Assembly (NCBI GenBank): GCA_963849325.1 | Contig: CAWKHF010000012.1 | Location: 640,001-704,000 of the forward strand | Direction: 5' to 3' | DNA length: 64,000 bases | Origin: an uncultured Planctomycetota bacterium | GTDB taxonomy: Bacteria; Planctomycetota; Planctomycetia; Gemmatales; Gemmataceae | Part shown: one piece after another, positions 18,178 to 27,762 of the stretch | How positions within the stretch are numbered: position 1 is the first letter of the stretch | Layout: each line of letters opens with the position of its first letter | The notes under the pieces: generated by a model | The model's database searches: none | Told to the model about the DNA's origin: nothing | The model's input: the letters and a program-made list of their open reading frames with translations, nothing else | Made by a program: the position numbers and the translations under genes

Positions 18178-20130
18178 TTATTTCTCGGCCGGGAATATTT
18201 CCTCGAGCGGTACTTCCCACTGGCCGATGCCGACGCTCACCAGGGCAATGTTGCGCTTGAAGTCCACGCGAACGATGCGTCCGGGCTTGTCGAAGCGCGG
18301 CACGCGCACCACGTCGTTGGGTTGAAGGCGAAGGCGCGCCTCGCGGAGAGCGGCGGCCTCCTCCTTTTCGCGCTCCAGCCGTTCCGTCTTCTGGCGCAAT
18401 TCTTCCCGTTGTCGCTCCGCCTCATGCTGGGCAACGAGGGCATCCTCGCGCGCCTTCTCGGCCTCCTCGCGCAAGCGTTGCAGTTGGGCCATTTCGGGAG
18501 CGCGGCGCTGGCGGCGGCGCAGGTAGCGCTGCGCTCGCCGCAACAGCTCCCGTGGCAGTTTCAAGCGCCGCGCGATCCGCAGGGCGTTGCTCATGCCGAA
18601 CTGGCCGATGTGCAGCCGATACGTCGGCCGCAGCGTTTCGACGTCGAACTCGACCGCGCCGTTCTCGGCGCGGTCATTGTGAAAGGCGTAGGTCTTCAGG
18701 TCGCCCAGGTGCGTCGTCACCATTGCCCGGCAGCCGATGCGATCCAGTTCATCGAGGATGGCCCGGCCCAGGGCCGCCCCCTCCGTTGGGTCGGTGCCTG
18801 CTCCCAACTCGTCCAGCAGCACCAGGCTCTGCGAGTCCGCCTGGCGGAGGATGAAGGCGATGCGCGAGACGTGAGAGCTGAAGGTGCTCAGCGATTGTTC
18901 GAGGCTTTGCTCGTCGCCGATGTCGGCGAGGACGTGATGGAAGACCGGCACGTTGCTGCCCTCGCCGGCGGGAATGTGCATGCCCGACTGCGCCATCAGG
19001 CACAGGAGTCCGGCCGTCTTCAGGCAGACCGTTTTGCCGCCAGTGTTCGGCCCAGTGATGATGAGCAGGTTGAAGCCGAAGCCGAGGCGGATATCGATGG
19101 GGACGACAGTGCGCGGCGAACGGCCGGCGTCAGCCGGCTGGTGGGGGTCGGACCAGCCGGCTGACGCCGGCCGTTCGCCCACGTCGCGGAATAGATGCAA
19201 CAACAACGGGTGCCGCGCCTGTCGCAGCCAGAGCTGCCCCTCCGTGTTGATCTCCGGAGCGTACATGTCGTATTCGCGGCTGAAACGGGCCTTGGCCGTG
19301 ATCAGGTCGAGGCGGGCGAGGATGTCGATGGCGAAGGTGAGCGGCTTGGTCACGCGCGCGACCTCGCCGCTGAGGCGGCGCAGGATGCGGCCAATTTCCC
19401 GGTCCTCCTCACCCTTGAGCACCGCGCGCTCGGCGCTGAGACTGGCGAGGCCGGCCGGCTCGATGAATAAGGTCTCGCCGGTACTGCTCGTGCGATGGAC
19501 GACGCCTTGTAGCTTGTGCCGATGATTGACCGCGACCGGCAGGACGTAGTGATCGCCGCTGACAGTGGCGTTGGGATAGCGGAGGATCTTGCGCAGCTCG
19601 GGATCGCGCAGGAGTCGGCGGATCTGGTTCTGCACGCGCTCCTCGACATCGCCGAGCTTCTGGCGGACCTGGGCCAGTTCGCGGCTGGCCATGTCGAGAA
19701 CGTGGCCGCGACCGTCGATGCAGCCGCTGATGGTCTTGGCCACCGGACCCAGATCTTCGACGGGCGCCAGCAGGTCGGCCAGGCGCCGCTGCGGATCGCC
19801 CAGCCTCATGCGATAGCGGTAGACGTTGCCGGTGCAGGCCAGGGTATCGGCCACCTCCAGCAACTGCTCGATGGTCAGCTGGGCGCCGATGGCGGCTCGG
19901 CGGACGGTCAGGCGGATGTCGTGCAGCCCGCCGAAGGGCGGCGCCAGACCTTGCCCCAGAGCGTCGGTCATCTCGCCGACCAGGGCCAGTTCGGCACGGA
20001 TGCGTTCGGCGTCGCTGCCGGGTTCGAGTTGGCGCGCCAGTTCCTTGCCGAGCGAGCAGGCGGCGTGGCCGGCCAGCAGCTCGCGGATTTTGTTGAATTC
20101 CAGAAGCTCCAGCGTATGAACGTCGTGAAT
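18178..20130 (-). CDS. mutS2: MutS2-family ATPase lacking the Smr domain
   Basis: TLELLEFNKIRELL, ITGPNTGGKT, DIGDEQSLEQSLSTFSSH, LLDELGAGTDPTEG, TTH; ends in a KOW-like domain. Confidence 0.9.
   Translation of the reverse strand: MHDVHTLELLEFNKIRELLAGHAACSLGKELARQLEPGSDAERIRAELALVGEMTDALGQGLAPPFGGLHDIRLTVRRAAIGAQLTIEQLLEVADTLACTGNVYRYRMRLGDPQRRLADLLAPVEDLGPVAKTISGCIDGRGHVLDMASRELAQVRQKLGDVEERVQNQIRRLLRDPELRKILRYPNATVSGDHYVLPVAVNHRHKLQGVVHRTSSTGETLFIEPAGLASLSAERAVLKGEEDREIGRILRRLSGEVARVTKPLTFAIDILARLDLITAKARFSREYDMYAPEINTEGQLWLRQARHPLLLHLFRDVGERPASAGWSDPHQPADAGRSPRTVVPIDIRLGFGFNLLIITGPNTGGKTVCLKTAGLLCLMAQSGMHIPAGEGSNVPVFHHVLADIGDEQSLEQSLSTFSSHVSRIAFILRQADSQSLVLLDELGAGTDPTEGAALGRAILDELDRIGCRAMVTTHLGDLKTYAFHNDRAENGAVEFDVETLRPTYRLHIGQFGMSNALRIARRLKLPRELLRRAQRYLRRRQRRAPEMAQLQRLREEAEKAREDALVAQHEAERQREELRQKTERLEREKEEAAALREARLRLQPNDVVRVPRFDKPGRIVRVDFKRNIALVSVGIGQWEVPLEEIFPAEK
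19115..19179. repeat. Family-B palindrome inside the mutS2 reading frame
   Basis: Perfect 28-bp arms GGCGAACGGCCGGCGTCAGCCGGCTGGT with a 9-nt loop. Confidence 0.9.
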
Positions 20131-20161
20131 GGCTTGTGCCTCTCAGCGCTCCCATGTATTT

Positions 20162-20215
20162 TCCGAGCCGGAAGCGTAAGCGAAGGGCTTCCTTCGCTTA
20201 CGCTTCCGGCTCGGA
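20162..20215. repeat. REP-like palindrome, family A
   Basis: TCCGAGCCGGAAGCGTAAGCGAAGG / CCTTCGCTTACGCTTCCGGCTCGGA. Confidence 0.85.
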
Positions 20216-20426
20216 GGAATTCGCTCCGCTGGCTCTTAGACACGGCTTCGAGCGGGTGGTTCAGTCATCCAGGCCATTCATTCTCGGTTGATTTACCCTC
20301 GGCGAACAGGTTCGTCCAGTAGGGTTCCTTTGGCGAAAACATTCGAGAACAACCCTTCTGTCGGCCGGGCCGGCGCTTTACACTGAGATCGCTTCGATTC
20401 CGAAAGTGCTTGCGTGAGGGTGGACC

Positions 20427-22137
20427 ATGTTGAAATTGACGTTCCTTGTCCTGCTAACCGTGTGGTTGTGGGGTGGGTGCTCGGTGGTGGAGGCGGGTGA
20501 GCGGCTGACGCCGGCGGCGGGGCGGGCCGGGCGTTCGGTCGTCCTGGCTCCGCACGGCATGGTCGCCACCAGCCAGCCATTGGCTGTCCAGGTCGGCCTG
20601 GACGTGCTCAAAAACGGCGGCAACGCCGTCGATGCCGCCATCGCCACGAATGCCGCGCTGGGCCTGATGGAACCCATGAGCTGCGGCATCGGCGGCGACC
20701 TGTACGCTCTCGTCTGGGACGCCAAATCGCAAAAACTGTATGGACTCAACGCCAGCGGCCGCTCGCCCTACCGGGCCACCCGCGAGTTCTTCGCTTCGCA
20801 GGGACTCAACGAAATCCCCGAGACGGGACCGCTGAGCTGGTCGGTGCCCGGCTGCGTCGATGGCTGGGAGGAATTGCGCGGCGCTTCGGCACGCGGCACG
20901 TTGGCCCAGCTCCTGGAGCCGACCATCCGCTACGCCGAGGACGGCTTCCCCGTCAGCCCGGTGATCGCCGGTTCTTGGCGAGGCGCGGAGAGCAAGCTGC
21001 GGCGCCATCCCGACGCCGCTCGCACTTACCTGATCGACGGCCACACCCCGCGCCGGTGACGTGTTCAAGAACGCCAATCTGGCTCGTAGCTATCGCCTTC
21101 TCGCCGCCAAGGGCCGCGATGCCTTCTACAAGGGCGATCTCGCTCATGCCGTCGTCGCTTTTTCGGAGAAGAATGGTGGTCTGTTTTCGATGAAAGACTT
21201 CGCCGACCACACTTCCACCTGGGTCGAGCCGGCCAGCACGACGTACCGCGGCTACCAGGTCTGGGAGATTCCGCCGCCCGGCCAGGGCATCGCCGTCTTG
21301 CAAATGCTCAATCTGCTGGAAGACTACGACCTTAAGAAGTTGGGTGCCGAGTCGGCGGACTGGTGGCACCTGTTCCTCGAAGCGAAGAAGCTGGCATACG
21401 CCGACCGGGCGCGCTTTTACGCCGACCCCGACTTCGTGAAAGTGCCGGTACACGAACTCATCTCGAAGCCCTACGCCGCCGAGCGCCGCAAGCTCATCGA
21501 CCGGAACAAGGCGATGACGCGCGTGCCGGCGGGCGAGCCGAAACTGGAGCGCGGCGATACCGTATACTTGTGCGCGGTGGACAAGGACCGCAACTGCGTG
21601 TCGCTGATCCAGAGCAATTATTTCGGCTTCGGCTCCGGCCTGGTGCCGGGCGATCTCGGCTTCGCGCTGCAAAATCGCGGCACGCTCTTCGCCCTCGACG
21701 CGCGGCACGCCAACCGCCTGGAGCCGCACAAACGGCCATTCCACACCATCATCCCGTCGCTGGTGACGAAGGACGGCAAACCGTGGTTTGTCTTCGGCGT
21801 CATGGGCGGCGACATGCAGCCGCAAGGACAGGTGCAAGTGCTGGTCAACCGGATCGACTTCGGCATGAACGTGCAAGAAGCCGGCGAAGCGCCGCGATTG
21901 GAGCACGTCGGCTCGGCGACGCCGACCGGCTCATCCGGTAGCCGCAGCGGCGGCACCGTCCGCGCCGAGCGCGGCATCTCCGCCAAGGTCATCGAGGAGC
22001 TGACGCGCCGCGGTCATCGCGTAACCACGGTGCGGACCAACGGCGGTGGCTACCAGGGCATCCTCATCGACCCCAAGACGAACGTGCTGCACGGCGGCTC
22101 GGAAGCGCGCAAGGACGGCTGCGCCGCCGGATATTGA
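20427..22137 (+). CDS. ggt: Gamma-glutamyltransferase (frameshift ~21050)
   Basis: GGNAVDAAIA, GIGGD, SVPGCVDGW, GDTVYL (autocleavage Thr), KRPFHTIIP, GVMGGDMQPQG. Confidence 0.92.
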
Positions 22138-22152
22138 GGCAGGGCGACAACC

Positions 22153-22491
22153 ATGTATCCTTCCGGGACGTGGCGCGGTTACTGGGAACAGGAAGTATGG
22201 GGCCGCCAACCGATGGGCCCGCTGGTGCTGCGTTTCGCGGACGGTCGCATTGACGGCGAGGGCCGCGACATGGTCGGTCCCTTCACGTTCACGGGGGAGT
22301 ACGACGACCAGGGGGCGATCCGCATGGTGAAACAATATCTCGGCAGGCATCAGGTGATCTACCACGGCACCTACGATGGGGAAGGCACGATCTTCGGACG
22401 GTGGTCGATCCCGCCGTTGTGGTCTGGCCCATTCGCCCTGTCGCCGGTCGCTGGCAAACTGCCCCCGGACGCGCCCATTGAGGAGTTATGA
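22153..22491 (+). CDS. Hypothetical protein (small beta-rich)
   Basis: SGTWRGYWEQ...GEGRDMVGPFTFTG...KQYLGRH; follows ggt. Confidence 0.75.
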   Translation: MYPSGTWRGYWEQEVWGRQPMGPLVLRFADGRIDGEGRDMVGPFTFTGEYDDQGAIRMVKQYLGRHQVIYHGTYDGEGTIFGRWSIPPLWSGPFALSPVAGKLPPDAPIEEL

Positions 22492-22767
22492 CAGATGTTT
22501 GCTCGGCTGGAATGCGGGCCATGCGAATGCAGTCGGCAGACGGGGCGGGACTGGTTGCCACCCTGCCGCCGCCGAAAAAGGCTCGGCAAGGAAGACGGGT
22601 TCTCGAATCTGGTACAATAATCAGAGTGCTCTAAAAGAAAGAGGACTTTCTGATTGAAAACTCACCTACTCAAGCTTCTTTTTATGGTTTCGGGTGACGC
22701 ACAGCGTCATGACCACTCTGTATAAATCAATCCAATAATGGCGTCGGGAAGCCGGGAAGGAGGAGAC

Positions 22768-24051
22768 ATGCAGAAGGACGAATTGGTGCCGCTGACACAT
22801 AACAACTTGGAGCCTCTCTTCCAGCGGGCGATTTCTAACGTGCGCGACGAGATAATCGACAACCCCTACATCGCCGAGGCTCTACGGGTCTTGCCCGTAG
22901 GCGGCTTCCGGAGCGCGATCGGCTCCTTCTGGAACGCCGTCGTCGATGACCTGCGAAATAAGATCATCCATCGTAGCGTGAAGCTCTTCAACAAGGCGGT
23001 CAATGTCGGGCGGGAAGTCAAGACCTACGAAGACTTCCAGAACCACGTCACCGACGACAACCTCATTGACGGCGCCCACAAAATCGGCGTAATTGGCTGG
23101 GAGGCCGCCAAGATCCTCAAGCACGCCAAGGAGACGCGGCACATCTTTGACGGCCACCCGCGGAGCACCGATCCGTCGATCATCAAGGTGCTGGCCATGT
23201 TCGAGGACTGCACCAAGTACGTCCTCAACGAGCCCTACCCCCCGCAAGTAGTGGACATCGACGAATACCTCACGATGATGGCATCAACGGATTTCGACCG
23301 CAATGAGGTCGCCATCGCCAACGCGCTCACCGAACTGCCCGATGTGTACAAAACGGAACTGATCAACCGCCTTTTTACGGCCTACATCCACGAAAATGCG
23401 TCCTCCGATCTGCGCTCGAACATCGAACTCACCGCTCCGATCCTGTGGAACTTATTGCCGAAGGAGTTGAAAATTCAGGTGGTCCGCCGTGTTGATCAGG
23501 AAATCCCGAAGGGCAATGCGGCGAAGACAAAGGAAGCGTTTCGCTTCGTCCACCTGGTGAAGGCGACCGCGTATCTGACCATCACGTCCCGGAGCTACGT
23601 CATCAAGCCTTTGGTCGATAGGCTACAGGCCAGCCTGGATGATTTCGACACTGAGGATCTGTGCGTCCGCTCCCTGGCTCCGTATGCATCCAACATACCC
23701 CCCGAGTTCGTTGCCCCCTATGTGTCCGCGATTACCCACACTTATGTGGGACGCATAGGGTCCAGCGGCCGCTTTTCCCGCACGGACTGGTACGCGAATG
23801 GCGCGGCGACGCGTATCCCGAAGATGGTGGAGGCGTTCGACGACACCGCCTCATCGGCCTTCATCGATTGCATCCGCAAGAGTTCGACGTTGCGCCGGCG
23901 CATCCAGACGCCTGTCAAATTGAATCGGCTACGGTCGCTCGGGAACATTGTCCTCGGGCGTGTGTCGGCTGCGTTCCCGGAGAAGAAGTTCCTCGAAGCG
24001 ATGGTCGATCCGAATCGCGAGGAGGAGTTCCTGGAGATGCTGAAGGGCTGA
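22768..24051 (+). CDS. Hypothetical protein with HEPN-like N-terminal domain
   Basis: SD AGGAGGAG; EALRVLPVGGFRSAIGSFWNAV and RHIFDGHP (Rx5H); AT-rich upstream region. Confidence 0.7.
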   Translation: MQKDELVPLTHNNLEPLFQRAISNVRDEIIDNPYIAEALRVLPVGGFRSAIGSFWNAVVDDLRNKIIHRSVKLFNKAVNVGREVKTYEDFQNHVTDDNLIDGAHKIGVIGWEAAKILKHAKETRHIFDGHPRSTDPSIIKVLAMFEDCTKYVLNEPYPPQVVDIDEYLTMMASTDFDRNEVAIANALTELPDVYKTELINRLFTAYIHENASSDLRSNIELTAPILWNLLPKELKIQVVRRVDQEIPKGNAAKTKEAFRFVHLVKATAYLTITSRSYVIKPLVDRLQASLDDFDTEDLCVRSLAPYASNIPPEFVAPYVSAITHTYVGRIGSSGRFSRTDWYANGAATRIPKMVEAFDDTASSAFIDCIRKSSTLRRRIQTPVKLNRLRSLGNIVLGRVSAAFPEKKFLEAMVDPNREEEFLEMLKG

Positions 24052-24225
24052 GAAACAGGGAGAGGGTGTCAGGAATGAATGGCACTTCTCAAGATCGTCA
24101 AATCAGAGGAGGAGTGGGAACATCTCATACAAGGCATCACTCGCAAAGATCCGCCGGACGCATTTGCCGACGGGATGTTGCAGCCGGCATGGACGAGTTG
24201 CAGAGTGCCAGCGGTTTCAACCTCG

Positions 24226-24687
24226 TCAGGGACTGGGCAGTTGCGAAGCGAGCACCTGCTGCGGATCGAGGACGGTCAGGGTCTGGTAGCGCTGGAAGTC
24301 GGCGACGTTGAAGGTGAGGATTCGGCTGAGGCCGTGAACCATCATAGCCGCCGCGAGGCGGGCATCGTGGGCATTCTTTCCGCTCACCTGATATTGCGTG
24401 ACCAACTGCTCCCATTGGGGAAAGACGGCAGAGGTCTCGTCGAGGATCGTGAAAAGAGTCTTGAGGCGGGAAAGCTCTGCTTGCACCTCGGCCGGTGTAA
24501 GTCCCAGTCCATTCTGCGCCGCTGGCCGTGTGCAAACCACCCAGAATTCGTAGAGGTTTTGGGGCACAAGGCAGAGCGTTTCACCCTGCCGGCGCAGCTC
24601 GGTCACGGCATCCGCGGCGAGTTGGTGCATCGAGTGGCCCGGCTGAGCGGCGCGCGTCAGGATATTGGTGTCGAGGAGCGTGCTCAT
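24226..24687 (-). CDS. vapC: VapC PIN-domain toxin
   Basis: LLDTNIL, QNLYEFW, GKNAHDARL, ILTFNVADF. Confidence 0.9.
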   Translation of the reverse strand: MSTLLDTNILTRAAQPGHSMHQLAADAVTELRRQGETLCLVPQNLYEFWVVCTRPAAQNGLGLTPAEVQAELSRLKTLFTILDETSAVFPQWEQLVTQYQVSGKNAHDARLAAAMMVHGLSRILTFNVADFQRYQTLTVLDPQQVLASQLPSP

Positions 24688-24935
24688 TCGCCGCGTCCGG
24701 CATAGATGCTATCTCGATCATCTTCCGCCACCGAAGGAAGAGCCTTATGGCCAGCCACCCACGCACGCCAGGCCGCCTCCCAAGCTTCAAAAGAGACAGT
24801 CGTCCCCTCCCCGCTGGGAGCGACAGCTCGCTCCACCAACTGCTCGATATATTCCTCCAACGTCAGCCCATTCCTGGCGGCCTCTCCTCGAAGGCGGCGC
24901 TCAACCTCGGCGTCCAGGCATAATGAGATATTCAT
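24684..24935 (-). CDS. Putative antitoxin
   Basis: 83 aa, RHH-like N-terminus, ends DRDSIYAGRGE; ATGA overlap with vapC. Confidence 0.8.
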   Translation of the reverse strand: MNISLCLDAEVERRLRGEAARNGLTLEEYIEQLVERAVAPSGEGTTVSFEAWEAAWRAWVAGHKALPSVAEDDRDSIYAGRGE

Positions 24936-24954
24936 GGGATACCCTTTCCTTTTT

Positions 24955-25839
24955 CTACCGCGCCGCGTCGCCGAACGGGTGCGCCGTCACGGTCCCCACC
25001 GGCCAATTCAGCCATAACAGACGCTTGAAGTGGTAATCTCCGCCGACATTGTAACCGCGGATACCGTGCCAGGTACACTCTCTCTCACGGTGCGTGTGGC
25101 CGCAGATGGCGAAGGCGATGCGCTCGGCGTGGCGGGCCAACAGTTCCTCCATCGCCCGATTGCCGCCGAACGCCTCCCAGAGCAGATCGTCCAGGGTCAG
25201 CGGTGACTGTTTCTCCGGGAAGCTGATGCACCGCATCGGCGGATGGTGCGTCACGACAAGAACACGCTCGACCTGCCCCAGTGCCGCGCGCAGATGTTGT
25301 TCGAGCGTGCCCACCACCTGAGCCGTGAAGCCGGCATCTTCGAGGGGCCAGCGGATGAAGTTAGCGTCGTTGTGCCGGCCGCGCGTAAAGCGCTTGCTCT
25401 GCAAGCGTTCTTCCTCGAAGGGGTAATCGCGGCGAATCGCCTCCAGCGACCACGAATAATCGTACCAGTTGATCGAGCCGACCAGAGCCAGTCTCGACTC
25501 CGACAGCAACAGCGGCCCGCGGTCGAGGTAGTGGAAGCCGTGGGACGCGCAGATGGCGGGGAGGTCTTGCTGATAGAGCTGGAGCGAGTCGTGTCCATCC
25601 TCGGGCCGCACCCATAGGTCATGATTGCCGGGCACCAGCGCCTTGCGGCAGGGCAGATCGGCGAACAAGCGCAGACACTCGCCGAAGTACGAGCCGGTGC
25701 CGAGGTCGCCGGCGAGAACGAGCACATCGGGCGTCTTTTCATGCAGGAAGGAGGCGAGCAGGCGCGTGGCGTCCTCGCCGCGGCCGCCGTGGCCCCAGTG
25801 CAAGTCGGCAGTGATGGCGACTTGCAGTTCCCGGTCCAT
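24955..25839 (-). CDS. Calcineurin-like metallophosphoesterase
   Basis: ADLH, AGD, PGNHD, THHPP, GHTH. Confidence 0.92.
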   Translation of the reverse strand: MDRELQVAITADLHWGHGGRGEDATRLLASFLHEKTPDVLVLAGDLGTGSYFGECLRLFADLPCRKALVPGNHDLWVRPEDGHDSLQLYQQDLPAICASHGFHYLDRGPLLLSESRLALVGSINWYDYSWSLEAIRRDYPFEEERLQSKRFTRGRHNDANFIRWPLEDAGFTAQVVGTLEQHLRAALGQVERVLVVTHHPPMRCISFPEKQSPLTLDDLLWEAFGGNRAMEELLARHAERIAFAICGHTHRERECTWHGIRGYNVGGDYHFKRLLWLNWPVGTVTAHPFGDAAR

Positions 25840-25945
25840 GAAAAACCTCCGTCGCCTTCTTGAAACCCGACGCCCTCGCGGCGAGTATGCACTGCCGACT
25901 CATGATGTCTCTCGGCTCGTCGTATTGTACAGGAGTCTGCCTGCC

Positions 25946-27724
25946 ATGTGCCTGTTTCGCTTTATCGCGGGCGGCCTGATCGGCCTGACCTTTTGCGTCG
26001 CGGTTGCTCGCGCCGAGACGCCCGATACTCCGACCGTCGCCTCGGGGCGCTTACGCGACCCCGCTCGCCTGCTGCCCGAGCAAGCCGATGTGCTGATCCA
26101 GGTTCGCCAGCCGCGCCGCCTCGTGGAGACGCTGACCACGCTGGAGACCTTACAACAACTCCGGCAATTCGCCCCGGTGCGCGAGTTGTTCGATTCCACC
26201 AACGCGCGCCGCTTCCAGCAGCTTGTCGCCTACTTCGAGAAAGAGCTGGGCGCGCCCTGGTCGCAACTGCTCGATCGCCTGGCCGGCCGCGGCGCCGTCC
26301 TCGGCATCAAGCTCGGCGCCAACCCGGCCCCGACCCTGCTGGTTATCCAGGGCGAGGACGCGCCGCTGATGCGCCGGTTCTTCCGACTCAGCCTGGACGT
26401 TGTCAAGCAGGAACTGGCCCGCAAGGAGGCGAAGGAGAAGCCGGTCAAGGTTTCATATCAGGGCGTTGATACGGTTCGCATCGGCACGGACTTCCACGCG
26501 GCCGTCGCCGGTGGCGCCCTCTTTGTGAGCAACAACGAGAAGACGCTGCAAGCGGGCCTCGACCGCCACCTGGGTCGCAACAAAAAGAGCATGGCCGACG
26601 TGCCGAGCGTGGCCGAGGCCGCCAAGCTCTTACCGCCCGGGCCGCTCGTTTCCTTCTGGCTCAACATGGAGACGGTTCGCCAATCTCCCCAGGGCAAGGT
26701 CTTCTACAAGGCACCGCCGCGCGATGACCCCAACCAGACCGTCCTCCTCGGCCAATACATCGACCTGCTCGGCCGATCGCCGTTCGTCTGCGCCGGCGTG
26801 TATCCGGAAAAGAGCGGTTTCGTGGCCACCCTTCGCACGCCGCGCGGTCGGGACGGCATGGGACCGGACAGGCTAATGCACGTCCCGCCGTCCGGTATGC
26901 CCGGTTCGCGGCCGCTGCTGGAGCCGAAGGACGTCCTTTACAGCGAAAGCAGTTATCTCGATGTCGCGCGCATCTGGACGGATCGGGCCAAACTCTTCAA
27001 CGTCAAGCAGGTGAAGGGACTGGAGAAGTTCGACAGTCAATCCAGCCTGCCGTTGTTTTTGAGCGGCGTCAAGCTCAGCCGGCTTTTGCCGCAGATGGGA
27101 CCGTACTACCGCTTCGTCGCCGCCCACCAGAATGGAGGCTATAAGAAGAGTCCGAAAATCTCCATTCCGGCCTTCGCCCTCGTCTGGGAGTTGCGCGAGC
27201 CGGAAGCTTTCGTCAAGACGATGGACACCGTTCTCCGCGGCGCTGCCCTGCTGGCCGGCGCGAAGGCCAACCTCAAGCTCGTCGAGGAGGACTACAAGGA
27301 CGGCAAACTCGTCGGCTATCGCTTCCCCGAGGACCAACCGCTCCAGGGCGACGTCAACGACCTGCGTTTCAACTTCAGCCCATGCTTCACGCGCGTCGGC
27401 AACCAGTTCGTCGCGTCCTCGACCATCGAGCTGTGCCGCGAACTGGTAGATCTGCTCCACAAGGAGGGCATGTCGCCGACGCGCGGCGATGCCTCCACGG
27501 CACGCATGCGGCTGTACGGCTCCGGGGCCGCCGCCTACCTGCGGACCATCGAAGACTTGCTCGTCACGCAAACCACGCTCGACCAGGCGGTGTCGCCGAA
27601 GGAGGCGCGCGAGCAGATTCACCTGTTCCTCGACCTGGTCCGCCGGTTCGGCGCGCTGTCGCTCGGCCCGCGCTTTCACGACAAGACGTTTCAGTACGAC
27701 ATTCGGCTCCAGCCGGAGAAATAA
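25946..27724 (+). CDS. Hypothetical exported protein (DUF3352-like)
   Basis: Signal peptide MCLFRFIAGG...ARA; first gene of the DUF1800/DUF1501 operon. Confidence 0.7.
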   Translation: MCLFRFIAGGLIGLTFCVAVARAETPDTPTVASGRLRDPARLLPEQADVLIQVRQPRRLVETLTTLETLQQLRQFAPVRELFDSTNARRFQQLVAYFEKELGAPWSQLLDRLAGRGAVLGIKLGANPAPTLLVIQGEDAPLMRRFFRLSLDVVKQELARKEAKEKPVKVSYQGVDTVRIGTDFHAAVAGGALFVSNNEKTLQAGLDRHLGRNKKSMADVPSVAEAAKLLPPGPLVSFWLNMETVRQSPQGKVFYKAPPRDDPNQTVLLGQYIDLLGRSPFVCAGVYPEKSGFVATLRTPRGRDGMGPDRLMHVPPSGMPGSRPLLEPKDVLYSESSYLDVARIWTDRAKLFNVKQVKGLEKFDSQSSLPLFLSGVKLSRLLPQMGPYYRFVAAHQNGGYKKSPKISIPAFALVWELREPEAFVKTMDTVLRGAALLAGAKANLKLVEEDYKDGKLVGYRFPEDQPLQGDVNDLRFNFSPCFTRVGNQFVASSTIELCRELVDLLHKEGMSPTRGDASTARMRLYGSGAAAYLRTIEDLLVTQTTLDQAVSPKEAREQIHLFLDLVRRFGALSLGPRFHDKTFQYDIRLQPEK

Positions 27725-27762
27725 TCCCCCTCGTCGGGTGACGAATCGCCAGGAGGTACTTC

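Noticed and set aside
2137-24000. Large genomic island or prophage integrated at tRNA-Arg
   Set aside because: No integrase, no phage genes and no duplicated tRNA 3' end seen; flanking genes look like backbone
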